DNA of 64,000 bases from a virus: positions 44,298 through 108,297 of IMG/VR virus record IMGVR_UViG_3300011114_000773; one strand, 5' to 3'. Each line of letters opens with the position of its first letter. The stretch's first letter is position 1. Both the position numbers and the translations under genes were made by a program. Under the pieces are notes generated by a model, which saw only the letters and a program-made list of their open reading frames with translations, made no database searches and was not told where the DNA came from. Positions 49,476-63,671 of this stretch are shown here, one piece after another.

Positions 49476-49482
49476 AGATATG

Positions 49483-49800
49483 TTATCCTACCGAAGCTAT
49501 GCTGCCAACAACAATCTTTTTTACTGTTTTTCTTGTCTGTTTGACGGCGGCAAGTCGGGATGAGTTTAGATAGAAATCGAACACGTCAATTAGGGCATGA
49601 ATTTCTCTAATCGTGTCGTTACCTGCGTCTAAAGTCTGCTTGCGGATTAGTTCTAAGTCATGCGGCGTGATGACCTTACCTTGGTAGGACTCGAAGATGG
49701 CGAGTTCGGCTTTGAAAAGCCGAGTGATATTTGATTGAATTAGTTGATTAACTAAGTCACGATTATTGATACCCTGAGCCTCTAAAGAAACGTGTTCCAT
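49483..49800 (-). CDS. Hypothetical protein
   Basis: Co-oriented ORF with a late-type motif upstream. Confidence 0.65.
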   Translation of the reverse strand: MEHVSLEAQGINNRDLVNQLIQSNITRLFKAELAIFESYQGKVITPHDLELIRKQTLDAGNDTIREIHALIDVFDFYLNSSRLAAVKQTRKTVKKIVVGSIASVG

Positions 49801-49821
49801 ATTCCTACATGGGTTTACACG

Positions 49822-49849
49822 AAAAAACCCGCGAAGGGAATCGCGGGTT
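49822..49849 (-). terminator. Intrinsic terminator after the tail tube gene
   Basis: AACCCGCGA-ttccct-TCGCGGGTT followed by a T-run on the - strand. Confidence 0.88.
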
Positions 49850-49871
49850 GGCTCCTATGTTAGAGAGCAGA

Positions 49872-50723
49872 CTAGCTGATAACGATATCCGTGCCTTCGA
49901 CGGTGAAGTTGTAGGTCGCGCCGACATTTCCAGCGGCCTGATTGAAAGATTTGGAAGTGACAATGCCGTCGTTGAATACTACTGTAATAACGTCGTTTAC
50001 TTCTCCGAATACGACCTTCCTTACGCTTTCGGCAGAGGTTCCCTCAACGACAATCGTACCCTTGAACGGAGGTTTACCTACTTGAACATGGGCGCTAGCT
50101 ACAGCTACTTGCGAACCGCTAAGAACACCGCCCAAGCAACTAACGACTTCGTTCGGTATGTCCATATTGAACTTTACCGAGTTCGGGCAGCTATTATTAT
50201 AGTTAGAATCTGAGGTCTGAGCGTAAAGACGCACACCCGTCGTAATAGGTGACACGGCGACTGCGGCACCCGGCTGCGTTCCAGCACCACCGATACTAGA
50301 CAACTGGGCATCATAATCAGGCTCACCGACACCAGCGAAACTCAGGTCGAGCATCGCGAAGTTGCCTTTGGACATATCAATACCAATCTTAGACACAATT
50401 CCGCTCATTGTATAGCCGTTTGGAGTGACTTTGACCGTGCTGACTCCACCGGCGAGAGCTTCTCCTGTCAAAAGGCTTAGAAAACTTCCTAATACAGAAT
50501 TAGCGTCTCCACTATCATTTCCTAGATAAATCTTAACGTCAGACTTGCAAGTAGCTACCTCTTTCTGAAATCGTCCGGCTGAACCGAGCTTTCCGAGAAT
50601 CGAGATGTCTTCAATAGGGATAGAAGTCTCGCAGTTAGCGCTTTGAACCGGAAAACTCTTTGTTGTTCCGGCGTTATTCTTAATCGTGCAAAGTTGCGAT
50701 GCGTATAGTGTTCGTGCTGGCAT
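49872..50723 (-). CDS. Major tail tube protein
   Basis: VQSANCETSIPIEDISILGKLG tube-like N-terminus; position; own terminator. Confidence 0.7.
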   Translation of the reverse strand: MPARTLYASQLCTIKNNAGTTKSFPVQSANCETSIPIEDISILGKLGSAGRFQKEVATCKSDVKIYLGNDSGDANSVLGSFLSLLTGEALAGGVSTVKVTPNGYTMSGIVSKIGIDMSKGNFAMLDLSFAGVGEPDYDAQLSSIGGAGTQPGAAVAVSPITTGVRLYAQTSDSNYNNSCPNSVKFNMDIPNEVVSCLGGVLSGSQVAVASAHVQVGKPPFKGTIVVEGTSAESVRKVVFGEVNDVITVVFNDGIVTSKSFNQAAGNVGATYNFTVEGTDIVIS

Positions 50724-50784
50724 AGGTTTAAAGGGTTATTTTATCTAAAAATATATACAGACAAAGACAGACAATGGGAACTAT

Positions 50785-51627
50785 TTAGTGCGCTCTAACT
50801 TGAGAAATCTCGAAATCTACGACTGTTATCTTTAAATCGTCCAAGGAACTCTCGCTAAAATTCCTAGATAAGCGCGATTCTTGGACTCCCTGAATTAATG
50901 GACCTAAGTACGTGCCAGAGGCGGCTGTCGCTAATCCAGAGTAATTATACGACGTGCCTATATACGCCTGCTCGGCGTCAAATGGTGGAGAAATAAACGA
51001 GAATCTCCTAAAATGGGTGTCTTTTAATATGGAAACCACCCCGTCTCTCAGGTAGTCGTTATCTGTTATAACGAAAGCTCTAATATCCACTACTGCTTCG
51101 TCAACCGCACCCAAAGAGAACGGCTTATTCTCTCCTCCACGTTTTTTGAGAAAAATCGCAGGTAATGTATATGAGTTCGTCGCCAAACCAGTTACCGTCT
51201 GAGGGGTCTGCGGATTCTTCTGAAATTTAGTATAGAAAAGCAGTTTTTCGTCGTTATCAGAGGTTGTATAAATATTAATTTCTTTTACGGAAAATGTGCC
51301 GCTCATTGACGAAGCTGGATAATTCGGATATGATGCGTCGAAATCGACTGTCCCCTGATAATGATTTATGGAAAGTAGGCCGCTCGTCCCTACAGTAACG
51401 GGAATACCCGATATTTGGACCGAAGTCATTACCGTAGCGCCAGATACAGACGCATCATTAACTAATTGCTTAAATGGCAGAGAGTATGTGCGCCGCCCTA
51501 CATATTGACTGGTCGCCGGATAAAATCGAGACTGATAATTAAAAAACGCCTCTCCGCTGGTCAATATCCTATTGTCTAGGAATAATGCCAAACTCGACAA
51601 AACTTGATGGTCATGTTGACGTTTCAT
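50785..51627 (-). CDS. Putative tail terminator/completion protein
   Basis: Upstream of the tube gene; TLPAIFL...VDIRAFVITD pattern. Confidence 0.55.
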   Translation of the reverse strand: MKRQHDHQVLSSLALFLDNRILTSGEAFFNYQSRFYPATSQYVGRRTYSLPFKQLVNDASVSGATVMTSVQISGIPVTVGTSGLLSINHYQGTVDFDASYPNYPASSMSGTFSVKEINIYTTSDNDEKLLFYTKFQKNPQTPQTVTGLATNSYTLPAIFLKKRGGENKPFSLGAVDEAVVDIRAFVITDNDYLRDGVVSILKDTHFRRFSFISPPFDAEQAYIGTSYNYSGLATAASGTYLGPLIQGVQESRLSRNFSESSLDDLKITVVDFEISQVRAH

Positions 51628-52217
51628 TATAAGCGTATTCTCTCAAAGTTTACACGGAAACGCTCCAGCATCGGGGTTATATATTGCATTCTTGTGGATT
51701 CAGAGGTTTTTCTGAGCACAGCCTCTACCTCAATACCGCCTCCAGAACGACCGAGTCTTTTAATAGCTAAAAAGTGTCCTAAACCAGATATCCCCTTCTC
51801 CACTTCTATCGCCCAACCCGCGCCCTGTTGCCACTCGAAAGGAGTCGCTGATATAATAGACTTTCTATCTGGAAGCGGTATAACGAAGACCCATTTATTA
51901 TCGACATATTTCGGTTCAATATATGATATAGACTCAAGAAGTTCTCTTAGTCTTTCAGTCGGTTTATCCCCCTCATTAAAACCAATGAATGAAAATAGAT
52001 TACCATACCCTCCTAATGTCCCAGAGATATTGCCAGAACCCGGATTTTCTATTTCCTGAGTTATTAAGTGATTATCGAAAGCCTCCAACAAGTCTCTTTT
52101 TTGAGAAGATAAAGTCCTTTTTACGTATCTTTCGGCTAGCTCAAGGCTTTTCAGCTTATAGTCTCTACTCGCAAATATAGTCTCAGTGATTGAGCCAAAA
52201 TCTATAACAGCACTCAT
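51627..52217 (-). CDS. Putative neck/tail-completion protein
   Basis: Gene order; WAIEVEKG...QYITPML, HK97 gp10-like pattern. Confidence 0.5.
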   Translation of the reverse strand: MSAVIDFGSITETIFASRDYKLKSLELAERYVKRTLSSQKRDLLEAFDNHLITQEIENPGSGNISGTLGGYGNLFSFIGFNEGDKPTERLRELLESISYIEPKYVDNKWVFVIPLPDRKSIISATPFEWQQGAGWAIEVEKGISGLGHFLAIKRLGRSGGGIEVEAVLRKTSESTRMQYITPMLERFRVNFERIRL

Positions 52218-52660
52218 TATTGCACCTGTTCTAAGTCAAAGACGTAGTATTCATCCGTCAGAAAGTAGTTTTTCACTCCTTGCCCTTTTATCTTCCAATC
52301 CGAATCTGCCACTGATATTTTTTCTGTAGTTCCCTCTGTGATGTATTGGTAACAGTCAGAACGCACTTTTATTTGAGTACTCGCGCTAGCGTAATGGACA
52401 TTCAAATTTCGTTCTATTGGTCCATCTGCTAATTTTGGCGTAGAGAACGTACCCGAAAATACGGTATTCACTGGGACATAAGTAAAATCATCTATCGGAT
52501 GACTGTTAGAGTATCCAAAAGTTACATCTCCAGAACCGATAGAACAGGCCAATTTAAGCGGCGTTTTATGCACTGTGATAGGCAAGCAAAAAGTATCGAA
52601 CATACTTCTCATTATGCCAGTACATAGCGCCATCTCTGTATCTGAAAGGAGTAGGCTCAT
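52217..52660 (-). CDS. Putative head-closure protein
   Basis: Size, beta-rich C-terminus and gene order. Confidence 0.5.
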   Translation of the reverse strand: MSLLLSDTEMALCTGIMRSMFDTFCLPITVHKTPLKLACSIGSGDVTFGYSNSHPIDDFTYVPVNTVFSGTFSTPKLADGPIERNLNVHYASASTQIKVRSDCYQYITEGTTEKISVADSDWKIKGQGVKNYFLTDEYYVFDLEQVQ

Positions 52661-53148
52661 TAATTATTATTGGTATAGTAAGCAGGAACAGTATCGTCTC
52701 CATGTACAGCCCCCGGCCCTCCGCGCCCGCTATTGCAGTCTTCAATTAGGAAGTTCAATTCAGCTACGTCTTGATTCTTCATATCCTTGAGAACTTTGAT
52801 GACCTCATTTTTATTAACGCGGACGATTGTGCTTCCGTTATCGGTTACTTCGAGCAGCGAGTCCGAGTCTAATGACGTGAGCTTCTGTCTAATTACAGTA
52901 TCCCAACGATATACCTCATACATTTTTTTATATACCGCCCATTGGCAGCCACTTTCAATAGGAACGTCATCTATATTTACAATCTGCTCCCCATTAGAAG
53001 CGCCGCTCACTAATGAAAAATTAGAAAAAGTCTTGGCATTCAGGCCGACTATGTTGGTCCGCACCCAGTACTGCACCGCCGCCTCAGACAAGTCCGTAGG
53101 CGAACCGATATTTGTGTATATCTCTAGGGCTAATCCTGAAGTTGTCAT
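52660..53148 (-). CDS. Putative head-tail adaptor
   Basis: Size, helical character and gene order. Confidence 0.5.
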   Translation of the reverse strand: MTTSGLALEIYTNIGSPTDLSEAAVQYWVRTNIVGLNAKTFSNFSLVSGASNGEQIVNIDDVPIESGCQWAVYKKMYEVYRWDTVIRQKLTSLDSDSLLEVTDNGSTIVRVNKNEVIKVLKDMKNQDVAELNFLIEDCNSGRGGPGAVHGDDTVPAYYTNNN

Positions 53149-53156
53149 ACGTAATA

Positions 53157-57421
<4,265 letters not shown>

Positions 57422-57442
57422 AGTATCCTATATTTACAGTTC

Positions 57443-58447
57443 TTACACTATTATCCATTTGTTAGCCGCATAATCAATAATAAAAAAAGCATCCCATTGA
57501 TTAAGGCTCTGTGAAAATTCGCCGTCGATTGTGTCAGAACCATTTCCAGTGATTGTTGCTATCCCTGAGTTTATATTTTTAAAAATATATCCTTTACCTG
57601 CTCCTGACGCTATCGGCAAAATTCCAGTGATAGAGTTGGTTCTATTAAAAATAATTATCTCGTCTCCCAAAACTGCTGTATAGTTACCAGTTATAGTTCT
57701 TAATGTATGATTCGTCGCAGAACCATATCCACTTGGATTTGAGAGCGGATAAAACGCCTGATAACTCCATCCTGTTGATGCGAAATTGCCAGTCTCTCCG
57801 CGATTCAAAAGAATTCCCGTCTCGGAAGATTTTACGTATCCGCTAGGATTGGTTCTTGGATAGTAATGCGAGTCAGTCCATGCTGTAGAAGCGAAAACTC
57901 CAGTTTGACCTGTCGTAATATAAGTCGAAGAATCTAGTCCTGTTATATATCCACTAGGATTTGACCGCAAATAGTATCTTGATTCAGCGAATCCAGACCC
58001 AATTAAATCGCCAGTCTGCGATGAGGAGATATATCCAGATGGATTAGATTTAAGATAAAATGTTGTAAGATTATACGAGCTTTGGTTAGAGATTAAATTA
58101 TTAAGATAAATCCCTGTGACTCCCAATACGTATTCTGTGGCTACATGAGAGTCGGCTAAAAACAACGAATCGAAAAAACCAGTCCCGTCCACCCTCAGAT
58201 TCTTTCCAGATATATGAAAATCATAAATTGGATTAGTGGTCCCATACCCTATTTTTCCACCATATTCTCCGAAACTGGAACCGTAAAGAAATAGTCCAGA
58301 TTTAAATTGGAACTGCCCATTTAGTCCGTTTACAGCCAGACCGCTGCCTGTGGCAAGAGACAGTAAGGGCGCGACAATCTCTATAACGTAGCCGGAAAAA
58401 TCAGCTTTACGTACTTGTGGAAGCTGTATTAAACTTTGGCTCAACAT
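57443..58447 (-). CDS. Fibre/decoration protein with NPSGY repeats
   Basis: Four YxxxNPSGY repeats; C-terminal TITGNYT...DTIDG...W fibre-tip-like domain. Confidence 0.7.
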   Translation of the reverse strand: MLSQSLIQLPQVRKADFSGYVIEIVAPLLSLATGSGLAVNGLNGQFQFKSGLFLYGSSFGEYGGKIGYGTTNPIYDFHISGKNLRVDGTGFFDSLFLADSHVATEYVLGVTGIYLNNLISNQSSYNLTTFYLKSNPSGYISSSQTGDLIGSGFAESRYYLRSNPSGYITGLDSSTYITTGQTGVFASTAWTDSHYYPRTNPSGYVKSSETGILLNRGETGNFASTGWSYQAFYPLSNPSGYGSATNHTLRTITGNYTAVLGDEIIIFNRTNSITGILPIASGAGKGYIFKNINSGIATITGNGSDTIDGEFSQSLNQWDAFFIIDYAANKWIIV

Positions 58448-58478
58448 AAGTTACCCGAAAAAGGTAACTCTTATTACA

Positions 58479-58823
58479 CTAGTTCTGCAAAATCTTTCTT
58501 ATATGGTCAGGGATATCTGAGTCGGGAACCTGTTGCTTAACCTGACCAGCGGAATGCTCAGAGAGATATTGCCTAAAAGTTGCAAGTAGTTTTTGTTTTA
58601 GTCCGCCGATGTTATCGTGAGGAGGAAGGCCGATTTTGGTACAATGCTGCCATAACTCTGTCCGACCCATCTCATTTAGCCTGTCCCGATATACAGATTC
58701 ATCTAGGGTTCCATACCTTTCAGAGATATCTTTTCCCCAAACTTGGTCGAGCGTCGTGAAAACCGTTTTCGTATCCTCACGCCCATTAATTTCAATTAAT
58801 GCTGGTTTAAGTTTTTTAGCCAT
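58479..58823 (-). CDS. Small hypothetical protein (start MAKKLKP at 58823)
   Basis: The longer 58892 start falls inside the terminator hairpin. Confidence 0.65.
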   Translation of the reverse strand: MAKKLKPALIEINGREDTKTVFTTLDQVWGKDISERYGTLDESVYRDRLNEMGRTELWQHCTKIGLPPHDNIGGLKQKLLATFRQYLSEHSAGQVKQQVPDSDIPDHIRKILQN

Positions 58824-58878
58824 ATTATCTATAATACGAGATTCAGTAGTAGATGTTATACTTATTATATTTGGGCAC

Positions 58879-58902
58879 AAAAAAGCCCGCATAATGCGGG
58901 CT
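58879..58902 (-). terminator. Intrinsic terminator after the major capsid gene
   Basis: AGCCCGCAT-t-ATGCGGGCT followed by TTTTT on the - strand. Confidence 0.9.
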
Positions 58903-58927
58903 ATTGAAACCGGAAAGAGCGAAAGTC

Positions 58928-60100
58928 TTATACGATAAGACCGCTTGTAGAACGAGAGTCAAGACAGACGCGGCCTTCTTCGAGACTACCGAAGAACCCA
59001 GCCTTGTCCAAGCGAGCCAAGTTCCATTGGTCGTCAGGAAGGAGAGTGAAGGTCGAGCCACCATTCTCTGTTCCGCGAGCGATAGGTCGGAGATACGCGC
59101 CGCGACTATTATCAATCGCCAAGGCAATCTCAGTCGTCGCACCAGCGAATGCCGCACTGCCGGTGCCAGCACCCGTCGTATAGGTATAAGAACCAAGGTT
59201 AGCGTAGTAATCGAACAGGGTGTTGTACTTCTTACCGAGGCCGAACTCAACCAACTGAACGATATTCACACCGAAGATATTCTGCATACCTGCGTTGCGA
59301 TAAATTTCTTCGCGCATCGCTTCTGGAAGGGCGACTACCGACGACGTATAACCAGCGCCGCTCGTTCCGCTAAGAACGCCCGCACGGGTATTCATCGGAT
59401 TGTAAGCGAATGCGCGAATCTGAGCTTTAATTTCAGGAGAAACGTAGAGGTCAGTAGGTCCGTTCGAGTAAACGCCCTCTGGGGTGTTACCTGAATAAGA
59501 CTCATTTAAGCGCACATGGCGAGTAATCAAACTGCTCAAGTCGTCCACTCCGAAAACACCAGCAGTCGCAGAGCGAATAACGTGCTTAAGCGCCGAGCCA
59601 CCCTTCGGGGTCGTAGAAGCTTCCGCTCCAGCCTTAAGGATAACGCTCCATCCCATTTTCTCCTGACGGATGAGAACTTCGTTAATAATATGCTCAATCG
59701 CTCCACCGACAACGTCGAGACGAGACTTACGAGCGTAACGCTTATTGAAAGACACTGCGCTGTCAAGCGTATAGGTCATAAACTTCATCTCACTGTTACC
59801 AGTAACCTGACTAGATGCCAGACCTCCGTTGCTGCTTTGCGAGTAAACCGTGATGAGTCCATCGGCAGTGCCGTAGTACAAATCAAGCGGGAATGAAGGC
59901 GCATCGTCTTCATTATATGGCATGTCAGTGTAAATCGCCGAAACAGTTCCCTTCGTCAAAAGGAGTTTCTGGATTACCGGACCTGCGGCAGCAGCCAACG
60001 CTTGCTGTGCTTCGATTGAAACCTGAACATTCTTCGAGCCAATTGCGCGAACGAGTTCGTTTTGTTCTGCGGTCCCGTCAAGTGTGAAACGTGTTTTCAT
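58928..60100 (-). CDS. Major capsid protein (HK97-fold expected)
   Basis: 390 aa; follows protease and decoration genes; own terminator; PTDLYVSPE..QIR and IFGVNIV P-domain-like patterns. Confidence 0.78.
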   Translation of the reverse strand: MKTRFTLDGTAEQNELVRAIGSKNVQVSIEAQQALAAAAGPVIQKLLLTKGTVSAIYTDMPYNEDDAPSFPLDLYYGTADGLITVYSQSSNGGLASSQVTGNSEMKFMTYTLDSAVSFNKRYARKSRLDVVGGAIEHIINEVLIRQEKMGWSVILKAGAEASTTPKGGSALKHVIRSATAGVFGVDDLSSLITRHVRLNESYSGNTPEGVYSNGPTDLYVSPEIKAQIRAFAYNPMNTRAGVLSGTSGAGYTSSVVALPEAMREEIYRNAGMQNIFGVNIVQLVEFGLGKKYNTLFDYYANLGSYTYTTGAGTGSAAFAGATTEIALAIDNSRGAYLRPIARGTENGGSTFTLLPDDQWNLARLDKAGFFGSLEEGRVCLDSRSTSGLIV

Positions 60101-60143
60101 TTAGTTATTATTTTAAAGTTTTATTTAAAGTGTTGTTAATGGT

Positions 60144-60686
60144 TTAGGCGATGTCAAGCAGGACAACCGTAAATCCAGAAGCGTCCTTCGCTCCGAGTGC
60201 GATACCGACCTGAGCCGACGCAATCTGCGCGAGACAGTCAATGGTTCCGTTAACTCCGACATACAATTTACCTCCAGCGACGGGAGTCCCGGTAATACCG
60301 CTGTAGTGGAAAGTCCCTCTGCGGACAATCGGAACGGCCTGTCCAGAGACAACCGCTTCGAGTTCGGCAGCTTTACGGGGATTGAACTTAAGCAGTTCGC
60401 CATTCTCGTCTGTCTCCTTGATATCGAGTAGGGTAATGCCGAGCGGGGTTGCACATCCAGTGCCGCAAATCGAGACTTTAGGAGTCACGCCGTAACGCTG
60501 CGAAACCGTGTTCGCGTAAGACGCACCCGGCGAGCCGAGCATTTCCACGGGGTCTTGCGATGGCACGAAACCCGAGCCTTGAATTTGGACCAGCGTACCC
60601 TTGTTGACAGGGAGCGCTCCAGAAAACGCGTAAAGATTAATGACATCTTTTTCGTTGTAGTTACGATATGGGTTAAGGGTAGGCAT
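60144..60686 (-). CDS. Putative capsid decoration/cement protein
   Basis: 180 aa between scaffold and capsid; GQAVPIVRRG, AGGKLYVG..G, VGIAL pattern. Confidence 0.65.
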   Translation of the reverse strand: MPTLNPYRNYNEKDVINLYAFSGALPVNKGTLVQIQGSGFVPSQDPVEMLGSPGASYANTVSQRYGVTPKVSICGTGCATPLGITLLDIKETDENGELLKFNPRKAAELEAVVSGQAVPIVRRGTFHYSGITGTPVAGGKLYVGVNGTIDCLAQIASAQVGIALGAKDASGFTVVLLDIA

Positions 60687-60718
60687 AATTTATTTTTTTT
60701 AAATTGTTATCGGTTTAT

Positions 60719-62314
60719 TTATTTTACACTGAAAGTACCTGCTTTGAGAACTTCTGCCCATTTATTTTTTTTGCCTGAATCGGCTGCGTTAGGGATGCCT
60801 GCTGTAATCTTGGTAGCATTATCGAGAGCATTGTCCACGACGCCTTGTTTTCCAGCGGCAGGGGTATTAGCGACGATTGCGAATGGAACTAAAACGTCGT
60901 GCATCTTAGTCATCCATGCCGCAAAAAGTTCATCGGTATTCGCGGCTTTAATGTCTTCGACAAAAACTTTGCGAGCGCCATCAGTGAGACTGAACTTCTC
61001 GTCTAGTGCAGCCATGTGCTTATTGAACGAGGCCAAGGCAACAGCGTCAGCTTTTTCCTTATCGGCAATTTTGATAGTATTAACTGCCACGGCCAAATCC
61101 GCTTTAATCGTCTCTGCCGAAGCTTTCAACGCATTAATCTCATCCTGCAAAGCCTTAACAGTGGCTTCGTCTTTCGTCTTTGATTCCTGCCATGCCTTGT
61201 CGGCATCGGTCATAAAATCGGTAATGGCGGAAGCGGTAAGCTGCTTCAAACTTTCGTCGGTGATATCGGAAATCTTCGAGATTTTCATGGTGTTAGGTAC
61301 TTCAGTTTTTATTACATGAGATTTGGACGTTTGGGAAATAAAATTTTTAGCTTTACCTTCTTTCCCGCATTTAGCGCACATACGCTTGCCACTCATCATT
61401 TTCATTTTACCATCTTTACAATCAGAGCACGTTTCGTCTTCACTGTTTTTGTCCGCAGTATCCTCAGTGTCTTTCTTCGGTTCATCTGGCTCTGATTTAC
61501 CCGCCTTATCCTTTTCATCACTAGGAGTTACGTCTTTTTTCGTGAAAGGAATAAATCCAGCAGCAATTTCTTTATTTTGATTCGTCTTCGGCGTGGTTAT
61601 GCCACGAACTTCTGCTGCGGGAGAAGCTGTGAGTCCGATTCCTAATGGGACTACCGCGCCGATGGGCATACGATAATAATCAAATTTCCCATCCGAACCT
61701 GTTCCGCCAAGGCCTTTTAGAGTACTCGCAAGCGACGCAATCATATTTATATCGTCAATGATTTCGGCATCTTCAAGATTTTTGTCGCCTGTCGATATTT
61801 TAGCAATCTTATAATTAGTGAAGCCAAGTTCCCAACTAGCAGAGACGGAATTGAAATTAAGAGATGTCGGGTCGCTAGAATCTTCAATAACTCCAGCGAG
61901 TTTGGGGTCCGCTATCTTCCAGAAAACGCCGCCTAATACGATATTATATGGCTCTTTGGCGATAGCTGCCGCAGCCTCATCCATAGGCTCATCCGTGCCA
62001 AACTTGGTAAAGCCAGAAGTCAGTATGACGCCAACGATTTTTTCCCTATCATGCTCGAAATTGATAGGTTTATTAAGAAATCCCTTGTAAGACGCTACAG
62101 CCTGTTCGGAACCGAGAACGTCTCCATTTTTATTTCCTCTATTTACGACACAGGCGTCAAACGCAATAGGAAGAAGGTCAATGGAATTAACCTTTGGGAG
62201 AAACTTAGCTAATGTCGCGCTGGAGGCCACCGCCAGATACTTGTCTTTCTCTGCTGAGACGAGTGGTTTAACAATCGAACTAAATGACATTCTTAGCAAT
62301 TTCTCTAGGTCCAT
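60719..62314 (-). CDS. Prohead protease-scaffold fusion
   Basis: NKNGD, KPINFEH (His), VSASWE (Ser); charged linker with CxxC/CxxC; coiled-coil C-terminus. Confidence 0.8.
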   Translation of the reverse strand: MDLEKLLRMSFSSIVKPLVSAEKDKYLAVASSATLAKFLPKVNSIDLLPIAFDACVVNRGNKNGDVLGSEQAVASYKGFLNKPINFEHDREKIVGVILTSGFTKFGTDEPMDEAAAAIAKEPYNIVLGGVFWKIADPKLAGVIEDSSDPTSLNFNSVSASWELGFTNYKIAKISTGDKNLEDAEIIDDINMIASLASTLKGLGGTGSDGKFDYYRMPIGAVVPLGIGLTASPAAEVRGITTPKTNQNKEIAAGFIPFTKKDVTPSDEKDKAGKSEPDEPKKDTEDTADKNSEDETCSDCKDGKMKMMSGKRMCAKCGKEGKAKNFISQTSKSHVIKTEVPNTMKISKISDITDESLKQLTASAITDFMTDADKAWQESKTKDEATVKALQDEINALKASAETIKADLAVAVNTIKIADKEKADAVALASFNKHMAALDEKFSLTDGARKVFVEDIKAANTDELFAAWMTKMHDVLVPFAIVANTPAAGKQGVVDNALDNATKITAGIPNAADSGKKNKWAEVLKAGTFSVK

Positions 62315-62357
62315 AGAAGTGTTTACATCTAAAGTAGCAATCCGTGAATATTATTCA

Positions 62358-63671
62358 CTATGGGGTATATCCGGGGCATCCAGAAACCGAATCTGGGCAA
62401 TCAGAACCCCAAGAGAGTCTAAAAGATAAACTTAGATTATCAAATGGGTCGATAAAAGCGTAATTACCAGTTAAACTATTGGGGTCATACGTATGATTAT
62501 CTGTATCAACACTATAATTTAGCTCAGAAGCTCCAGAGGTAGAAAAGATTACGTCGCAATATGGATAATGACTTCCGTAAACAGACTGAGACAAGACTAA
62601 AGACTTTATCTTATTCGGATTTCCGCTCACGTCTTCAAAGAGATTTTGCGCATTAGGCCAACTAAATAGCCTTACTAAAGAACGAGTTCTTCCGGTCGCG
62701 ATATAAGAATCCTGTGTGATAGTCGTTAAACTGTTGACTTTCACTTCGGAACTCGAATCTCCTTCTAGGCGGAAATCAGTGTTTAATGGAATTTTAAATG
62801 TTCCTTTCCTGATATCCACTAATCGTGTCTCTAGTCCCCCAGCAATCTCCCTATGATATGAACATAATCCAGTCCCAAACGGAAGTCCCTCTGCGGTATA
62901 AGGCTGGAAAGACGCAGTATCTATAGCGCCGCCCGAATAACTATTTACAATAAATTGTTTATTATCTGTCGATAGATACGCCTTTAATGCGGAAGTTGAC
63001 CTATTAGAAGGCTCTAGCGGTGATTTGAAAGATTCTTCTCGTATCAGTCCGTCCACGCCAATAGTATTAAGCCCATGATGTATAACAGAGTATCGACCAG
63101 AAATTCTATTCCAATATCTGCACACTGGACTATCGGAGGTATTAACCAGAGATGAGTTAATAATCCCATAAAAAGACTTTATCCCTGTAGGAAGGCCGAT
63201 GTTAAGACTGTATGTTATTACTGAATAATCACCCGTGTCGATAACTACATTAGGAAGGACTCTTGAAAACAGATACCCACTAGAACTTACTCCCAAATCA
63301 GTTGGGTGGACACCCAGTTCAGCAATGGATAATGGATAGTCATTAACGACGCTCTCTCCGAAAGGTATCCTCCACGCCCTAAATAGGCTTACTCCAGAGT
63401 TAGTGTTAATAGTTCCGCACGCATCAGAGACGTAATTAACAAGATTCGCATAGTCTATATTGCCAGACTCCATTCCTGTAGTCAAAACCGTGTTAATGCC
63501 GATACCAGAACCAATAGTAAGTTGCTTAAAACACTCTCCGAGAGGAATGGAGTATGGAAACGAAAGGCCTGTCGAGGTTATAAAGTTCGGGATAACCTTC
63601 TTCGACTTTTCAAACCCATCTGGTCCATAAGTTTGAATTGTAAACTGTCCTTTTAGTTTGAGAGCGCTCAT
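62358..63671 (-). CDS. Putative virion protein (start ATG 63671, ATGA overlap)
   Basis: LKGQFTIQ...NFITSTG...IAELGV...LFSRV tail-collar/fibre-like N-domain. Confidence 0.6.
   Translation of the reverse strand: MSALKLKGQFTIQTYGPDGFEKSKKVIPNFITSTGLSFPYSIPLGECFKQLTIGSGIGINTVLTTGMESGNIDYANLVNYVSDACGTINTNSGVSLFRAWRIPFGESVVNDYPLSIAELGVHPTDLGVSSSGYLFSRVLPNVVIDTGDYSVITYSLNIGLPTGIKSFYGIINSSLVNTSDSPVCRYWNRISGRYSVIHHGLNTIGVDGLIREESFKSPLEPSNRSTSALKAYLSTDNKQFIVNSYSGGAIDTASFQPYTAEGLPFGTGLCSYHREIAGGLETRLVDIRKGTFKIPLNTDFRLEGDSSSEVKVNSLTTITQDSYIATGRTRSLVRLFSWPNAQNLFEDVSGNPNKIKSLVLSQSVYGSHYPYCDVIFSTSGASELNYSVDTDNHTYDPNSLTGNYAFIDPFDNLSLSFRLSWGSDCPDSVSGCPGYTP

Noticed and set aside
58843-61580. Long alternative ORFs over the capsid/scaffold genes (58904-59494, 59516-59896, 60555-61319) and over the collagen repeat (55282-55685)
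   Set aside because: Shadow ORFs explained by codon bias or repeat periodicity of the real genes; no recognisable motifs.
63583-63597. VIPNF in the 62358-63671 protein and AGFIP at about 40679-40693 as extra motif copies
   Set aside because: The first lacks the Gly-aromatic prefix and fits a common N-x-I-T-x-x-G fibre motif. The second lacks NF and lies in a hydrophobic segment.
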